64,000 nucleotides of DNA. Source: an uncultured Solirubrobacteraceae bacterium (GTDB lineage: Bacteria; Actinomycetota; Thermoleophilia; Solirubrobacterales; Solirubrobacteraceae). Numbering within the stretch: position 1 is the first letter of the stretch; each line of letters starts with the position of its first letter. The notes beneath the pieces were generated by a model, which was not told where the DNA came from, searched no databases, and worked only from the letters and a program-made list of their open reading frames with translations. Below are positions 26,755 through 35,927 of this stretch, one piece after another. The stretch is from positions 102,851 through 166,850 of the forward strand of contig OY969775.1 of assembly GCA_963702975.1 (NCBI GenBank), written 5' to 3'. A program made the translations under genes and the position numbers.

Positions 26755-28179
26755 CTACGCCCCTGCGGCGCCCGCGGCCGGTGCCGGCTGCCACGCCGGC
26801 GGGTGTGGACCGCCGAGCGTCGGCACATCCGACGGGTAGACCTCGTTGCCGTGGATCGCGTGATCGCCGATCTCCAGTTCCTCGTCGGAGAGTCGCAGCG
26901 GTATCACCAGGCCCACCACCTTGAGGATGATGAACGTGACCACCGCCGTGTATGCGATCACCCACGCCGCGGCCTCGGCCTGCCAGCGCAGCAGCGTCCA
27001 GCCGCCTCCGAGCAGCAGGCCCTCCACACCCGGCAGGTTCGTGGCGCCGCCGCCGGCGCCCGCGTACTCGACGATCGCCGGGTCGGCCAGCAGCCCGACC
27101 AGCAGACCGCCGAAGAGCCCGGCGATGCCGTGCGTATAGATCACGCCCAGCGTGTCGTCGACGTTCCTGAACGGCCGCAGACGGCTGAGGTAGCGGATCG
27201 ACATCCACACGATCGTCGCGTCGACCACGCCGATGATGATCGCGCCCCAGCCATTCACGAACCCGGCCGCCGGCGTGATGCCCACGAGGCCCGTGATCAT
27301 GCCGTTGACCGCGCCGATCATCGACGGCTTGTCGCGGTAGATGTAGTCCCAAGCGATCCACACCATCATCGCCACCGCGGTGCACAGGTTGGTGTTGAGC
27401 ACCGCCGCCGAGGCGTCCGCGCCGGCGTAGTAGGAGTCCCCGCCGTTGAACCCGTTCCAGCCGAGCCACAGCAGACCCGCGCCCACCGCCAGCATCAGCA
27501 GGTTGTTCGGCGCGTCGACCTCGCGATCTCGTTGCAATCGCGGCCCGATCACCGCCGCGAACACGAACCCTGAGATCCCTGCCGACAGGTGGATGACGTA
27601 CCCACCGGAGTAGTCCAGGGCGCCGTGCGCGGCGAAGTAGCCGCCGCCCCACAGCAGGAACGCGTTGACCGCGTAAACGAACGTGATCCACAGCGCCACG
27701 TACGGGATCCACGCCTTGAAGTTCACGCGCCCGAGCACCGATCCGAGCGCCAGGATCGGCGTGATCGCTGCGAACACGAACTGGAAGTAGACGAGCGAGG
27801 ACTCAGGGAAGTGGAACGGTGGCCCCGTCGTGATCGACGGGATCAGCGCCTGGCCCTCCTCGGCGGTATGGCTCAGCACGCTGCCCGGTTCGCCGACCAT
27901 CGTGCCCAAGAAGCCTTTCGTTCCGAAGATGCCGGAGCCGCTGTGCGCGATCGGGTTGTCGAAGCCCATCTTGAACGCCCACAGACACCACACGATCAGC
28001 GTCACACAGAACGCCACGAACGTGAGCATCATCGCGTTGACCGACCAGCGCTTCTGCATGACACCGCCGTACAGGACCGCCAGGCCCGGCAGGCTCATCA
28101 GCCCGACGAACGTTGCGGCGGTCATCTGCCATGCGTTGTCCCCCGCGTTCAGCCAACTTGGGTATGACAGCCAGGTCAT
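26755..28179 (-). CDS. amt: Ammonium transporter
   Basis: AGDNAWQM, FQFVFAAIT, DYSGGYVIH, LLWLGWNGFNGG, ITPAAG, VDDTLGV..HG. Confidence 0.96.
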   Translation of the reverse strand: MTWLSYPSWLNAGDNAWQMTAATFVGLMSLPGLAVLYGGVMQKRWSVNAMMLTFVAFCVTLIVWCLWAFKMGFDNPIAHSGSGIFGTKGFLGTMVGEPGSVLSHTAEEGQALIPSITTGPPFHFPESSLVYFQFVFAAITPILALGSVLGRVNFKAWIPYVALWITFVYAVNAFLLWGGGYFAAHGALDYSGGYVIHLSAGISGFVFAAVIGPRLQRDREVDAPNNLLMLAVGAGLLWLGWNGFNGGDSYYAGADASAAVLNTNLCTAVAMMVWIAWDYIYRDKPSMIGAVNGMITGLVGITPAAGFVNGWGAIIIGVVDATIVWMSIRYLSRLRPFRNVDDTLGVIYTHGIAGLFGGLLVGLLADPAIVEYAGAGGGATNLPGVEGLLLGGGWTLLRWQAEAAAWVIAYTAVVTFIILKVVGLVIPLRLSDEELEIGDHAIHGNEVYPSDVPTLGGPHPPAWQPAPAAGAAGA

Positions 28180-28347
28180 GTGCCTCCGTTCCTACGGTTG
28201 TTTGCGATTGCGGGCGCCCGTCCGCGCAGCACGGACGCCGCTCATCGATGACAGTCCCGGTATGAAATCCGGCATGTGGGAACGCTGGTAGGGCCATCCT
28301 GGCCAACACTTGGCCCGGGGGTTTCGACATTTGTCTAGACGCCCGCG

Positions 28348-28665
28348 TCAGCGCGCGGCGAGCGGGTATCCGAGGCGCCTGCACTCCGTCGCGAGTTCCT
28401 GCGCGAGCTCGCGACTCGGGTTCGGCGCCGCGCACAGGGTCCGCGCCTGCGCGCCGCACTGGTGCACGCGCGCGACCCCCAGCGTGCTCGCGAACGTCAG
28501 GTCGACGCAGTCTGTGCGCGCCGGCGCGCCGCTGGTCAGCGCATACGCGCCGAGGCCGACCAGCGCGAGCGCGACGCAGCTCAGCAGCACCGCCACGATC
28601 GTCTTCTCGCGCCGCCCCCAGCGCAGCGGCTCGGACAGCCGCCGCGACTGCTCGAACATGATCAT
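28348..28665 (-). CDS. Membrane-anchored hypothetical protein
   Basis: One TM followed by a 4-Cys domain; GC-typical codons; abuts msrB. Confidence 0.55.
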   Translation of the reverse strand: MIMFEQSRRLSEPLRWGRREKTIVAVLLSCVALALVGLGAYALTSGAPARTDCVDLTFASTLGVARVHQCGAQARTLCAAPNPSRELAQELATECRRLGYPLAAR

Positions 28666-28678
28666 CGCCGCTGGAAGG

Positions 28679-29086
28679 CTACTCGGCGGGCTCGAACGCG
28701 AGCGCCGCCGAGTTGATGCAGTAGCGCTGGCCGTCCGGCCCGGGTCCGTCGTCGAACACGTGCCCCAGGTGCCCGCCGCACGTGCGGCACACGACCTCCG
28801 TGCGGCGCATGAACAGGCTGTTGTCGGGGCGCAGCTCGACGGCCTCGGCGACCGCCGGCTCGGTGAAGCTCGGCCAGCCGGTGCCCGAGTCGAACTTCGT
28901 GTCAGCGCTGAACAGCATCGCGCCGCACGCCGCGCAGCGGTAGTCGCCAGACTCCTTGTTGTAGACGTACTCGCCCGTGAACGGCGGCTCGGTGCCGGCC
29001 TTGCGCAGCACGTCGTACTGCGCCGGCGTCAGCTGCTCGCGCCACTCCTGCTCGGACTTGACGACCTTCGGCTCGTTCGTGGACAT
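28679..29086 (-). CDS. msrB: Peptide-methionine (R)-S-oxide reductase
   Basis: GTEPPF, YRCAAC, KFDSGTGWPSF, RTEVVC..CGGHLGHVF.DGP, RYCINS. Confidence 0.96.
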   Translation of the reverse strand: MSTNEPKVVKSEQEWREQLTPAQYDVLRKAGTEPPFTGEYVYNKESGDYRCAACGAMLFSADTKFDSGTGWPSFTEPAVAEAVELRPDNSLFMRRTEVVCRTCGGHLGHVFDDGPGPDGQRYCINSAALAFEPAE

Positions 29087-29269
29087 GCCTCTCTTTGTAG
29101 CAGCAGCGCCCCCGCGCTTCCACCCGCCACCCGCCGCCCCGCGCACGGGATCCCCGGCGCGGAGCGGACCGCCCCCGGGCCTCCTGCTATCGTGATCTTT
29201 ACGTTCACGTCAGATTCATCCGCGCCCGCGCCGAAAGCCCAGAGCGGCCCGACCGCCGAACGCTTCGGC

Positions 29270-30769
29270 GTGGCCGCCGGACATGCCAGCTACAAGTGGT
29301 GGGCGCTGTCGTGCACCAGCCTCGGCATGCTGCTCGCGGCGACCAACTCGGGGACGCTGATCATCGCGCTGCCCGACCTCGAGCGCTCGCTGCACGCGAG
29401 CCTGCTCGCGCTCGTGTGGGTGATCCTCGCCTACCTGATCGCCGCGACCGTGCTCGTGCTGATGGCCGGGCGCCTGAGCGACCTGTTCGGGCGAAAGCGC
29501 GCATACGTCGGCGGCTTCGTCGTGTTCGCGCTCGCCTCGCTCGGCGCCGGCTTCTCCTCCGACGCGACCGTGCTGATCCTCTGGCGCGTGCTGCAGGGCA
29601 TCGGCTCCTCGTTCCTGTTCGCCAACGCCGCCGCGCTGGTGACCGACGCATTCCCCAAGGAGGAACTGGGCCTGGCGATGGGCGCCAACACGATGGTCGC
29701 CGCGATCGGGCTGGTGCTCGGGCCGGTGCTCGGCGGCGCGCTCGTGGCGATCTCCTGGCACTGGGTGTTCTGGTTCAACGTGCCGTTCGCGCTCGCCGGC
29801 GCCACCTGGGGCGCGCTGATCCTGCGCGAGCTCGCCAAACCGGACTCCGTGCGCGGCTTCGACGTGCTCGGCACGAGCACCTTCGTGATCGGGCTGACGG
29901 GCCTCGTGCTCGGCGTCTCGCGCGGCGGGCTCAGCGGCTGGAACGACCCGATCGTGATCGCCGGTCTCGCCGCCGCCGCCGTGCTGCTGCCGCTGTGGGT
30001 GGCGATCGAGCGCCGCTCGAAGGCGCCGATGCTCGACCTGCAGATCTTCCGCAACCGCCTGTTCGCCGCCGCCAGCGCCGCCGCCTTCATCAACGGCCTC
30101 GCGCGCTTCGCGCTGATGTTCCTGTTCGTCTTCTACTTCCAGGGCGCCCAGGGCGACTCGCCGATCGACGCCGGCATCAAGCTGATCCCGCTCGCGCTCG
30201 GCATGCTCGTCGCCTCGCCGATCGCCGGCGTCTACGCCGACCGCCACGGCTCGCGCACGCTCGCCGCGCTCGGCATGCTCGTCAGCGCCGCCGGCCTCGC
30301 CGCGATGACGACGCTGCAGGTGCACTCCCCCTACTGGCAGAGCGCGCTGTGGCTCGCGCTCGTCGGCGTCGGCTCGGGCATGTTCAACAGCCCCAACACC
30401 GCCGCCATGATGGGCGTCGTGCCCGCGCACCGGCGCGGCATCGCCGCCGGCGCGCGCACGCTGCTGCAGAACACCGGCGCGGTGCTCTCGATCGCCTTCG
30501 TGATGGCGATCGTCACCGCCGCCGTGCCCAAAGCGACGCTGTTCGCGGTCTTCTCCGGCCTTGCCAAAGGGCTCTCGCCGCAGAAGCTCGCGCCGTTCAT
30601 CGCCAACATGCACAGCGCCCTGTGGGTGCTCGCCGCGGTGTCGTTCATCGGCATGTTCGTGTGCCTGCTGCGCCCCAGCCACGTGCAGATCCAGGCTGAG
30701 GACGCGCGCGAGCGCGAGCGCGAGGCGCCAGCCGCCGATGAGCTGCCGGCCGAGGGGGTCGCAGCGTGA
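29270..30769 (+). CDS. DHA2 (14-TM) MFS transporter
   Basis: KWWAL..., ALPDL, GRLSDLFGRKR, WVFWFNVP, PMLDL; start approximate (GTG 29270 or 29192). Confidence 0.9.
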   Translation: MAAGHASYKWWALSCTSLGMLLAATNSGTLIIALPDLERSLHASLLALVWVILAYLIAATVLVLMAGRLSDLFGRKRAYVGGFVVFALASLGAGFSSDATVLILWRVLQGIGSSFLFANAAALVTDAFPKEELGLAMGANTMVAAIGLVLGPVLGGALVAISWHWVFWFNVPFALAGATWGALILRELAKPDSVRGFDVLGTSTFVIGLTGLVLGVSRGGLSGWNDPIVIAGLAAAAVLLPLWVAIERRSKAPMLDLQIFRNRLFAAASAAAFINGLARFALMFLFVFYFQGAQGDSPIDAGIKLIPLALGMLVASPIAGVYADRHGSRTLAALGMLVSAAGLAAMTTLQVHSPYWQSALWLALVGVGSGMFNSPNTAAMMGVVPAHRRGIAAGARTLLQNTGAVLSIAFVMAIVTAAVPKATLFAVFSGLAKGLSPQKLAPFIANMHSALWVLAAVSFIGMFVCLLRPSHVQIQAEDAREREREAPAADELPAEGVAA

Positions 30770-31242
30770 GCCTTCGCATCGGCGACGTCGCCCGCCTGGT
30801 CGGCACCACGCCGCGGACGATTCGCTACTACGAGGAGATCGGGCTGCTGCCCGAGGCGCCGGCGCGGCCCTCCGGCCAGCACCGCATGTACACGAACGCG
30901 GAGGTCGAGCGCCTGCGCGAGGTGATGCGCCTGAAGGACCTGCTCGGCGTCTCGCTCGACGAGCTGCGGACGCTGCTCACCGCCGAGGAGGCGCGCGCCG
31001 AGGTGCGCGCGCAGCTGCAGCGCGACGACGTCGACCCCGAGCGCCGCCGCGAGCTGCTCAACGAGGCGCTCGGCCACATCGAGCGCCAGCTCGAGCTCGT
31101 GCGCCACCGCGCCGCCGAGCTGGCCAAGCTCGAGCACGAGCTGGGCGAGACGCGCAAGCGCGTGCGACGCAAGATCCGCGAGCTCGAGGCGGACGCCGCG
31201 CCCGCGCGCGATCCCGTGCCCGCGGGCGCCGCGCACGCGTAG
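30766..31242 (+). CDS. MerR family transcriptional regulator
   Basis: LRIGDVARLVGTTPRTIRYYEEIGLL, R.Y; GTGA overlap with the MFS gene. Confidence 0.92.
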   Translation: MSLRIGDVARLVGTTPRTIRYYEEIGLLPEAPARPSGQHRMYTNAEVERLREVMRLKDLLGVSLDELRTLLTAEEARAEVRAQLQRDDVDPERRRELLNEALGHIERQLELVRHRAAELAKLEHELGETRKRVRRKIRELEADAAPARDPVPAGAAHA

Positions 31243-31275
31243 TCGAACACGAGACGGAAGGAGACGGCAGCGAAG

Positions 31276-32085
31276 ATGACGACAGTGACCGTGCAGCCGA
31301 GCCCCGAGGGCGTCCCCGGAGCAGTCGCCGACCCGAGCGGTCTAGCCGGCGAGGAGCTCACATTCGCAGGCGCCGGCGGCACGCCCGTGAACGGCTACCT
31401 CGTCCGCCCCGCCGGCACGCAGCCCCGCCCGGCGATCATCGTGATCCACGAGGCGGGCGGGCTGAACGAGCACATCCGCGACGTCGCCAACCGCTTCGCC
31501 AAGCTCGGCTACGTCGCGCTCGGCGTCGACCTGTACACGCGCGAAGGCGGCCCGCCGCCAGCGGGTGACATCCCGGCGCTGATGGAGCGCCTGTTCTCGA
31601 TGCCCGACCAGCTCGCGCTCGGCGACCTCGAGGGCGCCGCCGACTTCCTGCGCGCGCGCGAGGACGTGAGCGGCAGGGTCGGCTGCATCGGCTTCTGCAT
31701 GGGTGGGCGCTACACGCTGCTGTTCGCCTGCGCGAGCGACCGCCTGGACGCGGCGGTCGACTGCTGGGGCGGCTTCATCGACAGGGCCACGCCCGATGAG
31801 CGCTCGACGCCCCTGCGCCCGACGCCGCCGCTGGAGCTCGCCGGCGAGCTCTGCTGCCCGCTGCTGGCGGCCGTCGGCGCCGAGGACCAGAACCCCTCGC
31901 CGGAGCTCGGCGCGCAGCTGCGCGAGCGCGCCGGCGCCAGCGGCCAGGCGGTCAAGGTCGACGTCTACGAGGATGCCGGGCACGCGTTCTTCGCCGACTA
32001 CCGGCCCACCTACCGCCCGGCCGCGGCTGCGAAGCTCTGGCAGGAGATCGTGCCGTTCCTGCAGCGACACCTGAAGGAGGCGTAG
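31276..32085 (+). CDS. Dienelactone hydrolase family protein
   Basis: IHE.GGLNEHI, GFCMGG, ED, Y.DAGHAF. Confidence 0.92.
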   Translation: MTTVTVQPSPEGVPGAVADPSGLAGEELTFAGAGGTPVNGYLVRPAGTQPRPAIIVIHEAGGLNEHIRDVANRFAKLGYVALGVDLYTREGGPPPAGDIPALMERLFSMPDQLALGDLEGAADFLRAREDVSGRVGCIGFCMGGRYTLLFACASDRLDAAVDCWGGFIDRATPDERSTPLRPTPPLELAGELCCPLLAAVGAEDQNPSPELGAQLRERAGASGQAVKVDVYEDAGHAFFADYRPTYRPAAAAKLWQEIVPFLQRHLKEA

Positions 32086-32089
32086 GCCC

Positions 32090-33658
32090 GTGGAGCGCAA
32101 ATGGTGGACCCTGATCGCGGTCTGCGTAGCGATCTTCATGCTGTTGCTCGACATCACCGTGGTGAACGTTGCGCTGCCCGCGATCCAGCGCTCGCTGCAC
32201 TCCTCCTTCTCCGACCTGCAGTGGGTCGTCAACGCGTACGCGCTGACACTCGCCGCGCTGCTGCTCACATCCGGCTCGGTCGCCGACCTGATCGGGCGCA
32301 GGCGCGTGTTCGTCGCGGGCCTGGTCGTGTTCACGGCCGCCTCCGCGGTCTGCGGCCTGTCCAGCTCGCCGCTGATGCTCAACCTCGCGCGCGCCGTGCA
32401 GGGCACGGGCGGCGCGATGATGTTCGCCACCTCGCTCGCGCTGATCGCGCAGGCCTTCCAGGGCAAGGAGCGGGGCACCGCGTTCGGCGTATTCGGCGCG
32501 GTGACCGGCGCGGCCGTCGCCGTCGGGCCGGTGCTCGGCGGGGTCATCACCTCTGGCATCGGCTGGCAGTGGATCTTCTTCGTCAACGTGCCGATCGGCG
32601 CGGTCGCCGTGTTCGTCACGCTCACGCAGGTCGCCGACTCGCGCGACCCGGACGCCACCGGCGTGGACTGGGCGGGGCTCGTGACCTTCTCCGGGGCGCT
32701 GTTCGTGCTCGTGTACGCGCTCGTGCAGGGCAACGAAAAGGGCTGGGGCTCGACCGAGATCGTCGCCCTGCTGGCCACCGCCGCGGTGCTGCTGGTCGCG
32801 TTCGTGCTGGTCGAGCTGCTGCAGCGCAGGCCGATGCTCGACCTGTCGCTGTTTCGCTGCCCCGCGTTCGCCGGGGCCAACATCGTCGCGTTCACGCTGT
32901 CGAGCTCGTTCTTCGCGATGTTCCTGTACCTCACCCTCTACATCCAGGACGTGCTCGGCTACAGCCCAGTGCAGGCGGGCCTGCGCTTCCTGCCGACGAC
33001 GCTGCTGTCGTTCGCCGTCGCGCCGATCGCGGGCAGGCTGACGGTGCGCATGCCCGTGCGACTGCTCCTCGGCACGGGGCTCGTGCTGATCGGCGCGGGC
33101 CTGGTGTTCATGACCGGCGTCAACGCCGGCTCGCACTGGACGGTGCTGATCCCCGGCTTCGTGCTCGCCGGCGCGGGCGTCGGCCTGGTCAACCCGCCGC
33201 TGGCCTCCACCGCGATCGGCGTCGTGCCGCGCGAGCGCAGCGGCATGGCCTCGGGCATCAACTCCACCTTCCGCCAGGTCGGGATCGCCACCGGGATCGC
33301 CGGACTGGGCGCGGTCTTCCAGCACGACGTGACCACGACCACCACCGCCACGCTGCGCGCCGGCGGCCACCTCGGCGAGATCGTGGGCGTCGCGCACGGC
33401 AAGCTCGCCACGCTGCTGCAGTCCGGCGAAGTGACACGCATCGCGCACTCGCTCTCACCCGGCGCGCGCACAGCGCTCGACCACGCCTACCGCGTCGGCT
33501 TCACCGGGGCGTTCACGACGATCGCGGCGATCGCCGCCGTTATCGCCCTGACGGGCGCCGGGCTGGCGTTCGCGCTCGTGCGCGGCCGCGACTTCGTGAG
33601 CACCGCGCACGCGCCGGACGCGCACGAGGCCGAGGCCGCCGGCGCGCTCGCGAGCTGA
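32090..33658 (+). CDS. DHA2 EmrB/QacA family MFS transporter
   Basis: LLDITVVNVALP, QWVVNAY, DLIGRRR, WIFFVNVP, ASGINSTFRQVG. Confidence 0.93.
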   Translation: MERKWWTLIAVCVAIFMLLLDITVVNVALPAIQRSLHSSFSDLQWVVNAYALTLAALLLTSGSVADLIGRRRVFVAGLVVFTAASAVCGLSSSPLMLNLARAVQGTGGAMMFATSLALIAQAFQGKERGTAFGVFGAVTGAAVAVGPVLGGVITSGIGWQWIFFVNVPIGAVAVFVTLTQVADSRDPDATGVDWAGLVTFSGALFVLVYALVQGNEKGWGSTEIVALLATAAVLLVAFVLVELLQRRPMLDLSLFRCPAFAGANIVAFTLSSSFFAMFLYLTLYIQDVLGYSPVQAGLRFLPTTLLSFAVAPIAGRLTVRMPVRLLLGTGLVLIGAGLVFMTGVNAGSHWTVLIPGFVLAGAGVGLVNPPLASTAIGVVPRERSGMASGINSTFRQVGIATGIAGLGAVFQHDVTTTTTATLRAGGHLGEIVGVAHGKLATLLQSGEVTRIAHSLSPGARTALDHAYRVGFTGAFTTIAAIAAVIALTGAGLAFALVRGRDFVSTAHAPDAHEAEAAGALAS

Positions 33659-33688
33659 TCGCGATGGAGCGCGTCGGGATCAGGCCCG

Positions 33689-33946
33689 TCAACCTCCCGC
33701 GCCGGGCGTCGGCCTCGCGTCCTGGAAGCCCGGGCACGAAAGCACTGGCAGGCGCGGGTAGCGCGGATAGTCAGGGTCCTCGCGCGAGCGCCTGCACAGC
33801 GAGAACGTCGAGCCGCGCGTGTTGCGCACGAGCTGCTGGTGCGCACACGTGTCGCACAGCCCCGCCTGCGACGGCCGGGACGGCGCGGGCCGGTCGGCCG
33901 GCTCGGCCCTGTCGGACCCGCCTGCGGGTGTGCTCGGCGTCGACAT
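33689..33946 (-). CDS. Small four-Cys hypothetical protein
   Basis: GLCDTCAH...RGSTFSLCRRS..DP.YPRYPRLPVLSCPGF. Confidence 0.65.
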   Translation of the reverse strand: MSTPSTPAGGSDRAEPADRPAPSRPSQAGLCDTCAHQQLVRNTRGSTFSLCRRSREDPDYPRYPRLPVLSCPGFQDARPTPGAGG

Positions 33947-34028
33947 GACAGGAGCTTAGGAGCGCCGCCGCGCCCGTGTCTGCAGCAGCCTGCGGCTGGC
34001 GCCTGCCATAATCGTTGACCGTACAACT

Positions 34029-35927
34029 ATGAGGACTTTTTACCGACTGCTTGGATTCCTATCCCCCTACAAGCGGGGGCTCTCGATCTCGTGGGCGCTG
34101 GCGAGCCTGGCGATGGTGATGACCGTCGCCGTGCCCGCACTGACGGGGCTCGCGGTGGAGGCGATCAAGAAGGGCGCCACGCGCGTCCACGGCCACGCGG
34201 CCAGCGGCGTTGCCGGCGACCGCCACACACTACTCGTGGCCTCGCTGGCGATCCTCGCCGTCGTGCTCGCGCGCTGGGGCTTCATGTACTGGCGGCGAAT
34301 GGTCGCCGGGCGCGTCTCGCTCGCCGTCGAATACGACCTGCGCGAGCGCATGTACGCGCAGCTGCAGCGCCTGGAGCTCGGCTTCTTCGACCACCAGCAG
34401 ACCGGCCAGCTGATGTCGCGCGCGACCGTCGACCTGGCTGCCGTGCGCTTCTTCCTCGGCTACGGGCTCGTGTTCATCCTGCAGTCGATCCTCACGATCG
34501 CGCTCGCCGGCGCGGTGATGCTCGCGATCAACCCTGAGCTCGGCCTGATTGCGCTCGCGCCGGTGCCGTTCGTGGTGGTCATCTCCTACCGCTACGGCCG
34601 CCGCGCGCGCCCGGCGATCCAGGAGACCCAGCAGCGCATCGCCGAGCTGACCGCCGACGCCGAGGAGAACATCTCCGGCGTGCGCGTCGTCAAGGCGTTC
34701 GCCCGCGAGGACCGCCAGCTGGCGCGCTTTCGCGACACCGTCGGGCGCGTGTTCAACCAGGCGATGGTCGCGACGCGCCTGGAAGCGACGTACAACCCGG
34801 TGATCGGCTTCCTGCCACAGCTCGGCCTCGCGGCGGTGCTGCTGATCGGCGGCGAGTCGGTGATCCACGCGCACCTCACGCTCGGCCAGTTCACCGCGTT
34901 TTACCTGTACGTGAACATGCTGATCACGCCGATGCGCTCGCTCGGCGTGACGCTCAACCTCGCCCAGCGCGCGACCGCCTCCGGCGCGCGCATCTTCCAG
35001 CTGCTAGACCGCGAGCCGCACCTGACCGACGCGCCGAACGCGCCCGAGCTGCCGCCCGGCAGCGGGCACGTGCAGCTGCGCGACGTGACGCTGCGCTACG
35101 AGGACCCGCACGACGAGCTCGGCGCGAGCGCGCTGGTCGAGACCGAGCACACGGCGCCGCACAGCGGACGCGCGGTGCTGCGCGAGATCGACCTCGACGT
35201 GCCCGCCGGGCGCACCGTCGCGCTCGTCGGGCCGACGGGCTCGGGCAAGACGAGCCTCGTCGCGCTGATCTCGCGGCTGTACGACCCCGTCGCCGGCGAG
35301 GTGCTGCTCGACGGGGCGGACGTGCGCACGGTCACCGCACACTCCGTGCGCGCCGCGGTCGCGGTCGTCAGCGACGACCCGTTCCTGTTCTCCGCGAGCG
35401 TCGCCGAGAACATCGCCTACGCCCGTCCGGGCACGCCGATGGCCGAGATCGAGCAGGCCGCGCGGCGCGCGCAGGCGCACGAGTTCATCGCGCGCCTGCC
35501 GCACGGCTACGACACGCAGGTCGGCGAGCGCGGCGTGACGCTCTCTGGCGGCCAGCGCCAGCGCCTGGCGATCGCGCGCGCGCTCGTCGCCAACCCGCGT
35601 GTGCTGATCCTCGACGACGCCACCTCCTCCGTCGACGCCTCCACCGAGCGGAGCATCAAGCTCGCGCTCGCCGAGGCGATGGCCGGGCGCACCACGTTCG
35701 TGATCGCCCACCGCCTCTCGACGATCGAACTGGCCGACCAGATCGTCGTGCTCGACCACGGCCGGATCCTCGCCCAAGGCGACCACGACGAGCTGCTTCA
35801 GACATCCGAGCTCTATCGCGAGATCGTCGCCGGCACGAGCTCTGCGAAGACCCCGCAGGTGATCGTCGGCGAGCGCGTGCTCGCCGCGGGCGCAGCGCAG
35901 CCGGCCGAGGCGGGAGGCAGGCTGTGA
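34029..35927 (+). CDS. Type IV ABC exporter half (TMD+NBD), degenerate Walker B
   Basis: GPTGSGKT, LSGGQRQRL, ILDDATSSVD. Confidence 0.95.
   Translation: MRTFYRLLGFLSPYKRGLSISWALASLAMVMTVAVPALTGLAVEAIKKGATRVHGHAASGVAGDRHTLLVASLAILAVVLARWGFMYWRRMVAGRVSLAVEYDLRERMYAQLQRLELGFFDHQQTGQLMSRATVDLAAVRFFLGYGLVFILQSILTIALAGAVMLAINPELGLIALAPVPFVVVISYRYGRRARPAIQETQQRIAELTADAEENISGVRVVKAFAREDRQLARFRDTVGRVFNQAMVATRLEATYNPVIGFLPQLGLAAVLLIGGESVIHAHLTLGQFTAFYLYVNMLITPMRSLGVTLNLAQRATASGARIFQLLDREPHLTDAPNAPELPPGSGHVQLRDVTLRYEDPHDELGASALVETEHTAPHSGRAVLREIDLDVPAGRTVALVGPTGSGKTSLVALISRLYDPVAGEVLLDGADVRTVTAHSVRAAVAVVSDDPFLFSASVAENIAYARPGTPMAEIEQAARRAQAHEFIARLPHGYDTQVGERGVTLSGGQRQRLAIARALVANPRVLILDDATSSVDASTERSIKLALAEAMAGRTTFVIAHRLSTIELADQIVVLDHGRILAQGDHDELLQTSELYREIVAGTSSAKTPQVIVGERVLAAGAAQPAEAGGRL

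Noticed and set aside
28321-28340. GlnR box upstream of amt
   Set aside because: Only the GAAAC half-site fits; spacing to a gTnAc half-site is off.
28310-30769. 819-aa ORF as an extended MFS
   Set aside because: The N-terminal ~300 codons are antisense to msrB and the 28348 gene; the MFS starts near 29192-29270.
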